The notes under the pieces were generated by a model. It worked only from the letters and a program-made list of their open reading frames with translations, ran no database searches and was not told the DNA's origin. This document shows, one piece after another, positions 47,294 through 60,373 of a stretch of DNA of 64,000 nt. Positions within the stretch are counted from its first letter, which is position 1; each line of letters opens with the position of its first letter. The stretch comes from Phyllobates terribilis (lineage: Eukaryota), in the NCBI RefSeq assembly GCF_046119375.1, contig NW_027362773.1, positions 130,758,001 through 130,822,000 of the forward strand, given 5' to 3'. Position numbers and translations under genes: made by a program.

Positions 47294-50200
47294 GTATTAA
47301 CACCTACTGTGCTGCGCAAAGCAAAATCTGCTATGTAGAAGCCTAATAAAGGGAATGCCTTTTGCAGGAAATGTGTAACACCCCACCTTTTGTACAGCAG
47401 CTGTATACTGGAGATGCATCACTCATTGGTCACATTAACAAGCTCCAAATGTTATTTGCTGCTTATTCCTACATTGCAAAGCTCAGTCAGTTCCTCTAAA
47501 GTTCTCTTAGTGGGCGGTATGTCTAAAAGACACCCTTTCACATACATGTGGTCGATGGACACATTGGGAATATATGTAGATTTTCCTGGCCCATGCATAT
47601 AGGTCTGAGTGCATACAAAAGGTAAACACCTGAGAGTGCCCATAGTTAGGGTGGATGTGTTGATCCGTCCACCCTACGGGACTCTGTGGGAGGGAAAAAA
47701 TACTTATGCCATGCAATATACACTTATTTCAGAGTCCCTCTGTGTAGGAAAGTGCAGTCTGCTCCGTTTTCCTATACAGTAATACAAACCATGTACCTGC
47801 CAGACAGGTGTAAGGAACACACTTTTGACCTCCTGTCTGATGAATGGGGACCTATGGGAGTGTTACAATATGTCAGGGAAAGGTTTCCAACAGAAACTTT
47901 AGGCTCACAGCATAAAACGCAGTGTGAACAAAGACGTATTTTCACCTTCGTAAGTACAGGTCAGTGGGGAAGATCTACAAATGCCAGTCTCTAACTGATT
48001 TGCACAAAATTTGAGGCGCATACATCATATGTCTTGGCCACCTATAGCAGATGTTAGTGGTTTCCTTTAATAGAACAACCCCTTCTCAATCACAATCCCC
48101 CCCCCCCCCCCCCAAGTAAAATAACCGCAATACTTACTTACCTTTTGTGGTGGCACCGTTCTTGTGGAGTCGGCACTTGCTCTCTCAGAGATTGCGTGAT
48201 ACTATGTCACGCCATCCCTTTATTCTCCCCTCCATCGGACAAAACTGACCCCAGGAGGGAGTCACAGCTGCTCTCACTTCCCCTGGTGTCATTTATTTGA
48301 TGGTGAGAATGAAGCGGACACTGATGGGCTGCAGGGATTGCAAACTCCCCGAGAACCAGTGCTGCATTCGCAGGAATGGTGCCGACACCAGAGGTGAGTA
48401 TAGCAGAGCATCTTCTTCTATCCCTGTTGGATATTTCTATATAGACTGTTAAGTGTTTGCATTCTTCATGTCCGTACAAACGGACCATATCTGACCAGTG
48501 CTGCCACTTTCGGCCTGCAGGGGTGCACCATTTTTGGCTGCAGTATTTTCAGTGCTGCCACTTTCGGCTTGCTGGGGTGCACCACTGTTGACTGCAGTAT
48601 TTTCAGGGCTACCACTTTTGGCTGCAGTCTGTGTTATTAGACAGGATCAGCATTTGCTGTAATGTTTTCTTTCTCTTGATAGGTCATCAGTGAACTGAAG
48701 GGCAAGAAAATCGATGATGTGATCGCCCAGGGTAAGTGCTTCTTATAAATGGAGTCTCGTATCACCATGATGCTCTCAGGCCCATCATTGATCCGCAGTG
48801 TGTGATTTATAGAGGTGTAATGTCTGTGTGAGGAGGGCAGGGAGAGCTTGTGCTTTTGGGATCCTTCTCCTGGCACCTTGCAGTGATATGTGATGAGCGG
48901 TCCATCCTAATACCCGGAGGTTGCTTCTGTACCTGCTGGGTTTCGCTTGTGGACCAGATAAACTTAGAGAAGCTTTTTCAATAAATGAGTTTTGCTTCCA
49001 CTCTCATTATTTGAGCTTCTCTGGACATGTTCTTGTCTGACGCCTCTTATACTGTAGTACGAGGAGACCTGAGCGCTGACATGTATTTTTCTTCTTGTAT
49101 CTTCATGGTGGAGGATTATAATCTGATAAAAAAAAAAAAACCTGTTTGGCATTTTCTGTTTCTGGTGTTTGCGGTTTAGTTCTCTTGTCCCAGACAGGTA
49201 ATTTCCCGTTTAAGGGAATGTTCCTGAAAATGATGGGACAGGGGTAACTGGCTGATCGCTCTGAGTCTGACCATTGGCACCCCAGCAATCTCGATGTCGC
49301 GGTTATAGAAACCCAAGAGCTGCTCTTTGCAGCCGTCTTGGATGGAGCGAAGCTGTGCATGCTCGACAGTCTCTCCATTCATTGTCTATGGGACTGCTGG
49401 AAATAGCCGCCAAGCTTTATACTCCGCAGTCCCATAGACAATGAATGGAGCGGAGGTCAAACATGCGCACATCCGCCCCATTCAGGAACGAGACACTTAA
49501 TCCCAATCAAACAATTGGAAAAGTAATCCAGCATGTAGAAATCTTCTTAAAATCTGTAAGTCCTTTATCTGTATATTTTAAAATATATATTTATTATATA
49601 TACTTTTTTTTTTTTTTAAACCGCTTCCCGACCGCCCACTGTAGATAAACATCCGCGCTGCCTGGGCTCTGTGCAGCGCGGACGTTTAAAAACGGTGGGT
49701 GGTCACGCAGCGCTCAGGACCCCCAGGGTCTTGCAAGCGCTGCGGGAGCGGTGCAGAGCGATAGCTCTGACAGGGAACATCATCGAGACCTGATTGGATC
49801 AGGTCCCAGTGATGTTAACCCTTTGCTGTCTTCTATATGCCGCGATCTATAGTGATCGCGGCATATAGAAGACAGCAGGAGGAGAGGGGGTCGTCCACTT
49901 ACCTCTCCGACGGCCCCCTTATACCTTCCAGGACCTGACGTTGCTATGGCAGCTGGAGGTCACATGACCGCCTCCAGATCTGCCATATATGGTGTCCTGC
50001 CTGGTTCAGCCTGCAGCTGAAGCCAGGCAGAAGACTGACTGAAACAGTCAGCGAAGATCTCATGTAATGTAATACATGTCTATTACATTACATGAGATCA
50101 GTGATCAAAAAAATAAAAATTAATGTCCCATACAGGGACTAAGTAAAAATGTAAAAAAAAATGTTTTTAAACTGTTAAAAAAAAATTACTAAATAAATAA

Positions 50201-53200
50201 AATATTAAACCGATAAATCCGTATATTTATGCAAAAATAAAAACAGTACATATATTTGGTATCACTGCGTCCGAAACAACCCGAGTTATAAAACTGTCAC
50301 ACTAATTAACGCCTTCTGTGCACACCGTAATAAAAATAAATAAAAAACGGAGCAAAAAACTATGCTTTTTCCTCATATCGCCAAACAAAAAAGTGGAAAA
50401 AAATGCGATCAAAAAGCAAAATGGAAATAAAAATGGTACCGCTGAAAACGTTATCTTGTTCCGCAAAAAACAAGCCGCCATACCGCTCCATCAGCCGAAA
50501 AATAAAAGTTATACCTCTCAGAATAAAGAGATGCAAAAAAAATATTTTTTCTATAAAATGGTTTTATTGTGTAAAAGCGCCAAAACCTAAAAAAATATAC
50601 AGTAAGTGTAGTATCGCTGTAAACGTACTGACCCGAAGAATAACGCTGCCTGATCACTTTTACCACACGCAGAACGGCATAAAAAAAACCTCAAACAATT
50701 CCTGAATTGTTGGTTTTTATTAATTTTACATCCCAAAAAACGGGATAGAAAGCGATCAAAAAATGTTATTTACCCAAAAATGCTACTAATAAAAATGTCA
50801 ACTCGTCCCGCAAAAAACAAGCCATCACATGACTGTCGGCCGAAATATGGAAAAATTATAGCTCTCAAAATAAGGCGATGCAAAAACTAGATTTTGCAAA
50901 AAAAAAAGCGTCTTTTAGTGTGTGACAGCTGTCAGTCATAAAAACCCGATATAAATCTGGTATCTCTGTAATCGCACCGACCTGAAGAATAAAGTAATCT
51001 AATCAGTTATATCACACTAGGAACGGCGTAAAAAATAAATAAAACCAATTCTTCACCTGCTACTGATTAGTTTATTATGTCTCCCAAAGATCGCAGTAAG
51101 GCGCAGAGCCTTACATTTATCCTGTGCTCTGCGCTGTGCACTTACACCAGAGTTTCCGTGTAAATCTCTGAAATACGTGATTCAGCCAGAACCCATGACG
51201 GAAGATTCCCTGTAATGAGGCAGATATAGGCTACTGTGGACGCCGTCTAGCCTGGGATCCCACGGTGTCATTTGTTTTAGGCGTGCATAAAAGTGCGGTT
51301 GGCCACAGTTTTGTGCACTTCTGAAAAAAAGGACACCACTAAACAGAGGCCAGACGGAGTCCAGAGTAAATCTGCTGCCTCATTACAGTGAATGGATCCC
51401 GCAGGGGTTTCATCTGAATTACATCACTTGGAAATTTAGATGGAAACCCCGATGTAAGTGCTCAGCCTAGAGCGCCGGATAAATGTTACGTAAAATGTTC
51501 CAAATAAAAGCTTCAACTCGGTCCTCAAAAAAAGCTAGTCCCCACTCAGGTCCATCATCTGTTAAAAATCTAAGGGACTTCCAAGTTACTGGTAGCAGAA
51601 AGGCTCTGGAAAAGCGAAATGGCCCTTGCCCCCCAAAAGAAATTCAGAAAATTTTGTGCTCCCAAATCCAAATGCCTATTCTACAATAATTTGTTCTCCA
51701 ATTGTCAAATAGCGCTCCGTCCCCCCCAGATCTCGCCGTATGGCTAAGCGGTACGATACAGCCACATATGGGGTATTGCCACTTTTAGAAGAAATTGTGT
51801 GACACATTTCGGCACCATTTTTACCCATTGCCCTGTGTGAAAATGTAAAATCTGAGGGTAAAACATTTTTTTGTGGTAATATAATTATGCTTTTTTCACT
51901 GCCCAATGGTATAAATTAAAAAATACTCACTACTTCCCTAGATGAATTCCTTGAGAGGTGTAGTTTACAAAATGGGGTCACTTGTGGGGGTTTCTGCTGT
52001 TTCGGCATATCAGCGACTCTTCAAATGTGACATGGTGTCTGCTGCCTATCCCAGCCAACATAGCGCTCCTTTCTCTTCCGAACCCTGCCGTACACCAAAG
52101 CAGTGGTTTTCCCCCACATATGGGGTATCAGCGTACTCAGGAGAAAATGTACAACAAATTTCATGGTGCAATTTATCCTGTTACCCTTATGATAATGCAA
52201 AATTAAGGGATGAAAAACGTTTTTGTGGGAAAAATGTGAAAATTTTATTTTTACAGCTCAATATTATAAACTTCTGTGAAGCAGCTGTGGGGGTTCAAGG
52301 TGCTCACCACACATCTAGATAAGTTCCCTAAGGGGTCTAGTTTCCAAAATGGTGTCACTTGTGGGGGTTTCCACTGTTTATGAACATCAGGGGCTCTCCA
52401 AACGCAACATGGCGTCCGCTAATTATTCAGACAAATTTTACATTCAAAAAGTCAAATGGCGCTCCTTCCCTTTCAAACCCTGCCGTGCGCCCAAACAGTG
52501 GTTTTCCCTCACATATGGGGTATCAGCACACTCAAGAGAAATTGCACAAAAAATTTTGGGGTCCATTTTTTCCTGTTACCCCTGTGAAAATAGAAAAAAA
52601 TTGGGTCTAAAGTAACATTTTTGTGAAAAAAGTTAAATGTTCATTTTTTTCTTCCACATTCCAAATATTCCTGTGAAGCACCTGAAGGGTTAATAAAGTT
52701 CTTGAATGTGGTTTTGAGCACCTTGAGGGGTGCAGTTTTTAGAATGGTGTCACTTTTGGGTATTTTCTGTCATAAAGACCTCTCAAAGTGACTTCAAATG
52801 TGATGTGGTCCCTAAAAAAATGTTTTTGTAAACTTGTTGGAAAAATGGAAATCGCTGGTCAACTTTTAACCCTTATAGCTCCATAACAAAAAAAAATTTT
52901 GGTTCCAAAATTGTGCTGATGTAAAGTAGACATGTGGGAAATGTTATTTATTAACTATTTTGTGTGACATATCTCTCTGATTTAAGGGCATGAAAATTCA
53001 AAGTTTGAAAATTGCAAAATTTTCAAAATTTTTGCCAAATTTCCGATTTTTTTTCACAAATAAACGCAAGTTATATCGAAGAAATTTTACCACTATCATG
53101 AAGTACAATACGTCACGAAAAAACAATCTCAGAATCAGGGGGATCCGTTGAAGCGTTCCAGGGTAATTACTTCATAAAGTGACAGTGGTCAGAATTGAAA

Positions 53201-56200
53201 AAATTGGCCCGGTCACGAAGGCAAAAACAGGCTCTGGCGCGAAGTGGTTAAATAAAGTCACAACCCCTTGGGGGGGTGATGATAATCAGACGTGTTTCAG
53301 ACCTCCAGGTCCTTAATCATGCAATGATGGTTTCCAAACTAATATTTCTAATGAAGTGAAAATTAAGACCAAAACACAATATTCACTCCCCCACCGCATC
53401 AATTAGATGCTGGTTATTTTGCTCTGTGACATGCCCTAGTTAATGTCTCTGCAACAAGGAGGGCCAAAGCTTCAGCCTTTTATATTGTACTTTTTTTTTT
53501 GTTTGTTTAACTCCAAAAGTTCAGAAAATCTCAGCTGACTCTAGAACACCTTAAAAATTCAGCCCTCTAGAAAAAAGCTAGTTATAGAGTACTGTATATA
53601 AAGGATGAGCCGTAAGGAATTGATGCATGTACCAGGCACAAACGCACAGGTAAGAACTCTGGGATATCCTAAAGATCCTTCCAAGTATGTCAGGATGGTG
53701 CCGCAGTTCTGCTGCAATCTGTGGTCGTCCCACATTGATTCAGTTGTGGTGTTATAAGAATAAAGATACACAAGGGGAATGTCTTGTTTTGCTGTCCTGA
53801 GAAATGTCCTGTTACCAGAGCACCCCCCTTGGGCATTGAGCACTTAAAAAAAAAAAAAGACAGAAGTGTCGTCATTTTTCTGTGGAAATGAACAGTACGT
53901 GCGTCTTTTAACTGTGCAAGAAAGTTTCAGGACACAAGGGCAAGGGGATCATGTCCATATCACTTACACTTGGGGAAAGGGGACACTTGCTGTGTGCATT
54001 GTATTTGTGCATTGTGTTTAACCCCTTAACTGATATATCTGTCGTGGAGCGGGCTCAGGAGCTGAACTCGCTCCATGCGTGATACATACCAGGTAGATTT
54101 AATAAGACACAGATGTCGGCTGAGGACTGAGCCGAGCTCCGCTCACTGCTGATGTCAGTCTGACAGTGGCATTTATATGGCGCGTTTGCCAGTGCTCTTG
54201 CACATTGGCTTCCATCAGCTCCCCACAGTGCGATCGTGGGGAACCTACTGAAGGCCCCCATTGCTACCATCTGGGATTTTTGTGATATGAGAGCTTGACT
54301 TGCATGTTATACTACAATCCGGTGTTAAGTGATTAGACTATCGCAGGTTCAAGACCCCTGAGAGGACGTATTTTAAAAAAATATATATATATAATTTTTT
54401 TTTTTTTTTATTTCCTTTTCCACCATTTAAAAATAGAAATGTACAAAATTAACATGTTATCACCGTGTCCACAAAAGTGCGATCTATCAAACTATAGAAT
54501 TAACCCTTACATCAAACACTGAAAAAAATAACGCCACCGCTGTTCCATCAATGGAAAAAGAAACACTGGTTTTGGAAAATGGCAACAACCATTTTTTTTT
54601 TTTTATTATTTATTCTTAAAGGGGGTGTCCACTTTTGGACAACCTCAACTTAATTCAGGAGCCAAATTAAAACCATGCGTATTCCCTTCCTGCAGCGGCA
54701 CCGTTCCTGGTGGAGACATGGTGTTGTTGCCCATTGGTAAACGTCTGATCTGACGAAATAGTAAAGGCTTCAGCTGGCGCGCAACATAAATGTTATGTCA
54801 CCACCAGGAGCTGCAGTGCCGACATTACTGGAATGGCTCCTGAATGTGTTCATTACATGACTCCCCCCAGTGTAATCAACAACCCCTTTTTGGTACCACA
54901 ATAATATACTGCATAATCTACACCGTTNNNNNNNNNNNNNNNNNNNNNNNNNNNNNNNNNNNNNNNNNNNNNNNNNNNNNNNNNNNNNNNNNNNNNNNNN
55001 NNNNNNNNNNNNNNNNNNNNNNNNNNNNNNNNNNNNNNNNNNNNNNNNNNNNNNNNNNNNNNNNNNNNNNNNNNNNNNNNNNNNNNNNNNNNNNNNNNNN
55101 NNNNNNNNNNNNNNNNNNNNNNNNNNNNNNNNNNNNNNNNNNNNNNNNACACAAAAAACAAGCCCTCATACGGCGCTGTCAACAGAGAATTAATGTTATA
55201 CCATTGAAAGAAAATGCCAAAGTGCACAAAATGAAAAATTGTCCAGGCTAAAGGGTTAGGGTGGATCTGTCACCAGGTCTCACAATACGAGCTGCATATT
55301 TATTACATAGGTCTCTTGGTAATATTGCTAATGTATTTACTTTAAAAATCAATGTCAAAAAGCTTGTCCTAATTAAAATGATACATTCTTTAGAAGAGTC
55401 CAGCTATAAAATGAAGTGGCTCATGAGACCAAGTGTATGCCACCTGACTGACAGCTACAGCTTGTACTGAGCAGTGTGAGATCTCTGCTGGGAGGAGGGA
55501 CACTGATCAGCTGTAGATCGAGCTAGGTGAACTGAGATTGAGCTACACTTTGATCAAGGATTATACAGCTATTCTCATGTGTAATTTCAAAGCAAGTACA
55601 CCACTCCAGCATCATCAGGTTTTACACCTGCATAATGTGTACGTTCTGTATTGTGAAATCTGGTAACAGTTCTGATTTAAGGGCTAATGGATATATATTA
55701 CACATACTTAATCTGGCATCAGGGGGCCCTCATGAGTGCTGAATTATTAGCCTGTCATGGTTTATTTTCTCTAATGTCACTTCTAAACTGCTAGTGTTAT
55801 GCAAGTCTACAGCTAATACTATTAAAAGTGAGCAAAATGGATCACAATTTGGTGTGTGTATTATCTATTATTAATAATATATATATATTTTTTTCTAATT
55901 GTTCCCATCTATTTTCTGCAGGTGCTAGGTTAGAGAGCGCATCGATCTCAGGACTTACCTGGGTTCATGTTGTAGTATCAACATTTTAGTGACTTTCCAA
56001 GAATAGAATTGATAAGGAAAATCTTATTTTTTTTGCAGCTCATCATTTTTCCGTATTGAGTAAAGTTTACCTTGCTTACATAATGCCTGCTGTAAGCCCT
56101 CACTGGATATAGCTGCTTTTACAGTTACTGATTTAACCTTTCACATCATTTCTAGGTCAAGGATACAAAGCTTTTCAGCTCACGCCTTGATAATGTTCCT

Positions 56201-58383
56201 AAGGAACGGAGTTTTCTGAGAAGGCTCTCTGGGGATCTCTGTTCTCGGAGCTTTAGATGCCAGTCTTTATGTACTGTTCAGTAAAAAAAAAAAAGATTTG
56301 TTCTTATCGATAGGACATGTCATTATGATATTCAGTGTTCATGGTTTTTGTTTTTTTCTTTCTTGTAGGGAACACCAAATTGGCAAGTATGCCCACCGGA
56401 GGAGCTGTTGCTGTTGCTGCCTCTGGATCAGCCGCCCCTGCTGCCGGAGGATCTGCTGCACCAGGTAACTATTACCAAGTGGGAAAAATTCATAGCCAAA
56501 TATAACACCAAAAAAGGAAAATATTGTAAAAAATGTTTTCTTATTGTGCGGAATAAAAAGCGCGTTCCGCAGAATTTAAAACTGTTAAGGAAATTCTGTG
56601 AATTTCACAACTTTTATTGTAGCAGTGGTGGTTTGCTGTGAATTTGCAGAGTTGTGACAAGATCAGCAACAGAAAAAGTCAGTGTGTGAACTCAGCCTTA
56701 GGCCTCATTCAGTCGTCCATTTATTTTTTCTTCTGCTTAAGAAAATAAATTAAACCGATTTTTATTTTTTTTCAGTCTGCTGATGTCAGTTTTTACCATC
56801 AGTGACTTTTCTCGTAGACAGAAATAATAATAAAAATTTTTTTTTGCGATCTTAAAACCAGTATACGGATTGCACACGGATGCCCTGCGTGTCCTGTCAG
56901 TGATTTTTTCAGAACCATAATTTTGATGTGCGACTCGGATCAAAAATAGTCATGACTGATATTTTTGCAGTCTGCTAATAAAAACAGACATGTGAACCTT
57001 TCCAAAAAACATACTTATTGTGGGATATCTGTGAAAAAACAGATGTCTGAATGCGAACACGGGGTAAAAAAACATTGCTGAAGGTTTTGCCTGCAAGTTT
57101 GTACAGGTAAAATCTACAGTGGTGGGCAAGTGATCAGTTTTATAAGTCTAATCCACGCACTGTGGAAATGGCCATGAAGAGCGTATTTTAACATCTGAAG
57201 CTTGTTAGTTTCTGATGCATAATTTTACCACTTTCAGTGTATTTTGGTCAAAGGATTAATGTTTCTCCTTGTGGAGAGATACAAGCCAGGCCTGGCATGT
57301 CAGAGTAAGGAGACTCATAGGCCATGCATGTTCTAGGAAATTAAATATGCAAATTGCCTGTTCAGTGGAGGACTAGAACTCTACTGCCACCTATTGGAAG
57401 TAGCAATCCTAATGGTCAATATCGACCCTCTAACGAGTCTTGTCACATGACTTAGGATAACAGCCAAGCCAGAATGTATTTTTGTGCAATCCATGACTTA
57501 TCCACAGCAAAATCTGCTTGTGGACCTAAAAAGGTTCTGATCCAGAAATACAGTTAACAAATGCATGTATCTACTCGTCCACACCTCAGTAGAGAAATGG
57601 TGCTGCTCGTGTTTTTTTTCACCAAGTCTATAGAGATTTGCCAAATTTTTAATGAAGGTCCCCATTGGAAAAATGGTGAACCAAGACTCGCAGTGTCTTG
57701 ACACCCTATGAAAAGTGCTCGCTGAATATAGATTGAACATGACAGGTCACCAAACAATGGGAACTTGGAAGCAAAGTTCTAGATGATGGAAAAGAAAATT
57801 AATTTTGTGACTTATTTGAGAAATATGCAGTATGGACCAGCGTCATCTTGTACTGAGAAATAAGTTACCAGTGGGTAGAAATAAAACTGCTGGAAGCCAC
57901 CACCATGGAAAGTAGCACTTTTATGCTCAAAATTGTCATTCTGCGTAGCTTCATTTTCCTGTAATTCTAAGTGGGCAGATATCTAATGTGATTTGGATGG
58001 CTTTTACTTTCTGTTCTCCTGGAGCTTTAGTCTATAAGGGCACAGCTATCCTGTGCAGAGGTGATAAAGGGGCTCGGGCGTAAACCAGCTTTGTCTTGTG
58101 CCAAACTTGTATATAGCTTGCTCCCTCTTTCATCAGTATTATACGAGGGCTTCCATGGCAGTGACTGGCACTCTTGACCTTGTTTTCGATTGCATAAATG
58201 GTAACAGTTGTCGTACATCTGTCAAGTCATTATGGGCCGGAGGAGACTGGAGAGATGAGTTACACATGTGATTACCCAATGTCTTAATGTGACCACTGTT
58301 TTTCAGCTGAAGAGAAGAAGGAAGAAAAGAAGGAAGAGTCCGAGGAGTCTGACGAGGACATGGGATTCGGCCTCTTTGATTAG
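47171..58383 (+). CDS. RPLP2: RPLP2, 60S acidic ribosomal protein P2, 114 aa
   Basis: Exons 47171-47293, 48683-48731, 56369-56464, 58307-58383 (345 nt); MRYVASYLLALLGGN...EESDEDMGFGLFD*; all introns GT-AG. Confidence 0.97.
48497..48628 (+). repeat. 54-bp tandem repeat, ~2.4 copies
   Basis: AGTGCTGCCACTTTCGGC recurs at 48497 and 48551, with a degenerate copy at 48605. Confidence 0.8.
48683..48731 (+). CDS. RPLP2: RPLP2 exon 3
   Basis: VISELKGKKIDDVIAQ(G); donor GTAAGT. Confidence 0.96.
48898..49030 (+). ncRNA. SNORA52: SNORA52 (ACA52) H/ACA snoRNA
   Basis: GGTCCA/TGGACC stem, H box AGATAA 48956-48961, second stem AGAGAAGCT/AGCTTCTCT, ACA at 49025-49027. 5' end GGTCCATCCTAAT and GGTTTCGCTTGTGGACC match the recalled human SNORA52, and it occupies the same RPLP2 intron. 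Confidence 0.9.
49621..53247. mobile_element. piggyBac-like non-autonomous element (~3.6 kb) with internal ~350-390 bp repeats
   Basis: Ends CCGCTTCCCG.. / ..GCGAAGTGG|TTAA (left flank TAAA); repeated blocks AAAATGG(G/T)GTCACTT near 51968, 52346 and 52741; no transposase ORF. Confidence 0.7.
54022..55255. mobile_element. piggyBac-like non-autonomous element spanning the assembly gap
   Basis: TTAA|CCCCTT left end and AAGGG|TTAG right end. Confidence 0.5.
54928..55148. other. Assembly gap, 221 N
   Basis: Run of N in RPLP2 intron 3. Confidence 1.
56369..56464 (+). CDS. RPLP2: RPLP2 exon 4 (Ala/Gly hinge)
   Basis: NTKLASMPTGGAVAVAASGSAAPAAGGSAAP. Confidence 0.95.
58307..58383 (+). CDS. RPLP2: RPLP2 exon 5
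   Basis: EEKKEEKKEESEESDEDMGFGLFD*. Confidence 0.97.
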
Positions 58384-58399
58384 AATTCATGGCAGATTA

Positions 58400-58405
58400 A
58401 ATAAA
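58400..58405 (+). terminator. RPLP2: RPLP2 polyadenylation signal AATAAA
   Basis: 16 nt after the stop codon, with a GT-rich tract downstream. Confidence 0.85.
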
Positions 58406-59020
58406 AATATCTTTATTTAAGCTGTGCTGGTTTTCTGGAATCTGGTTTTGACATGGCCGAAGAAAGTGATGGGTCTTTTAATATGTGATCTGGGTAAGAA
58501 ACAATCTTGTGCCCAGATAGTAAATACATTCTTCTTTTACTTGGTTGTACTCGGCCTTGACCAGTTTGGTTGGTGAATCATACTATATTTCCTATTATAG
58601 TATAGGTAGAGACTAGAGCTGGTCTGAATGGATTTGCAGGACTTGGTCCGTCGGGCACGTGAGTACTCTGTGGCCATGGGCCAGGAGCGGTTTGTGGCTC
58701 ATCTTTTGATTAACAGGCCTGACGTGACATCATTGTTGAAGCGTAACGCACATGTGACTTTACGTCAGTCCGGCTAATCAAAAGAAGAGCTGCAGATACC
58801 ATCAGGCAGGAGGCGTCATTCAGGGCTCCCATCTAGCGGCTACAGACCACTGTTGTGGCTGATGGACCAAGTCTTGTGACTCGATTGGTGCTAAACATAC
58901 CTTTGCATTACACAGTAATACTAGACAACTATTCAGGTCTAATGTCCTCAATTTGCTTTTTCATACTAATTTCTAGTACAATTTACTGAAGGTCCTTTAC
59001 CTCTATTTATGCTTTGCTAA

Positions 59021-59200
59021 TACAGCACCAAAATATTCCACCTCACTTTACATATCTACATAGTTATCACTGTCCCCATTATGATATTCCCTTTCAATAT
59101 GTCTTTGGGGTGTGGGAGGAAATATGTGCAAACATCATGCAGATGTTATGGTGGGGTATGCAGAGCAACACGGTTACCCACTGAGCCACTGTAGCACCCA
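59021..59200 (-). mobile_element. Decayed V-SINE
   Basis: Minus strand has box A TGGCTCAGTGG, the core TTTCCTCCCACACCCCAAAGACATA and a GGAATATTTTGGTGCTGTAT tail. Confidence 0.65.
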
Positions 59201-59469
59201 CGGAAGACTTCGGCTTGTAGAAGGGTCTACAGAAACAAATATCATCTGATCTAATGTTCTAGAAGTTTGTGTAATTGAAGACACTGGACTGAGATTTATT
59301 CTTAGTGATTAGGTCAATCAAAGGTGAATGCTGAGATCTATTAATACCTAGAAATGTTGACATTCATGTGAATGGAGCTTGTAGCAATCCATGCACATGC
59401 CGTAGGAACATTCACCTTTGTATAAATGGAGTTAAATTCCAATAGCAGCTGTTACTGTGTGAATATTTT

Positions 59470-59760
59470 GTGTTTTATAAGCAGATGATCAGTAGAAGAC
59501 TAGTTGTCTCATGCCATCGAGTCCTGCTCTGTGTAGCACTGCCTTCACCGATTGACAACTTACTGTGCATAGGCAGAATCAGTGATGTGGGCAGGCTTAT
59601 ACACGGCACAGCATTCAGAGCACTGCTAGATCTGCAGCAGAGAAAACAGATTTTATCAAAACTGCAGCAAGCAGCTCAGTAAGTGATATCACTGGAGGCA
59701 AGCTCTTGGCCCCTACATCATGCTGCTTTCATATTACATAACAAAAGCGTTGTGGCAGAT
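59470..59760. mobile_element. T2-type MITE interrupted at its terminus by the DIRS insertion
   Basis: Matches the right arm of the 23689-24128 family (ATGCTGCTTTCATATTACA...CAGAT) but lacks the final CCCTTTAA. Confidence 0.65.
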
Positions 59761-60373
59761 TTTCCCCTTCTCCCATGACAGCACCACCTGAGAGAGGGTA
59801 TCCGCCCACCAAGGACAGGAACCTACTGAATAAAAAGGCGGTACCTCTCCTCCGCATCAGTTTTTGGTTCCTGTCCCTGATGGGAGCCTCACCAGGTGGT
59901 ACCTCACGTACCTGGATTATGGACGGTGCGGCCTGGAGGCCGTGGAAGCAGCAGATGGTCCCTGTTCCCAGCCCGTCTGGCTGCTGCCCGGGTCTGCGTG
60001 TGGGGAGGAGGTGCTGTTTTCCTTCGGATGCCTCCCCGCGTGCGCCGGGGCCTGCGGCCGGGTCTGCGCCTCGCAAAGATGAACTGAGCGCGCCGGCAGG
60101 TCTTCCGGGCTGCGCACGTGGGGGTCGCGTCGCACCCTGTGACGGAGCGCGCCGGAAGTCCGGACTGCGCACGCGCGGGGTGCTGACGCGCCCTATCACG
60201 GAGTGCGCCGGAAACCGGGTCTGCGCATGCGCGGGTGGGAAGCTGTCATCCCGCTGCAAGCGCGCCGGGTGCCGCTGGGCTGCGCACGCGCAGAGGCAGG
60301 TGGATCTGCGGGTAGCGCGCCAGCTGGCTAAAATTTAAAAAAAAAAAAAAAAAAAAAGAAAGGAAAAAGAGAG

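Noticed and set aside
54844-55251. ORFs of 83-135 aa
   Set aside because: Artefacts of translating through the N gap.
58040-58270. Possible second snoRNA in RPLP2 intron 4
   Set aside because: Only short hairpins, with no convincing H/ACA or C/D box arrangement by eye; a covariance search would be needed.
59729-60338. 176-187 aa ORFs on both strands
   Set aside because: GC-rich DIRS leader and repeat array; low complexity with no domain motifs.
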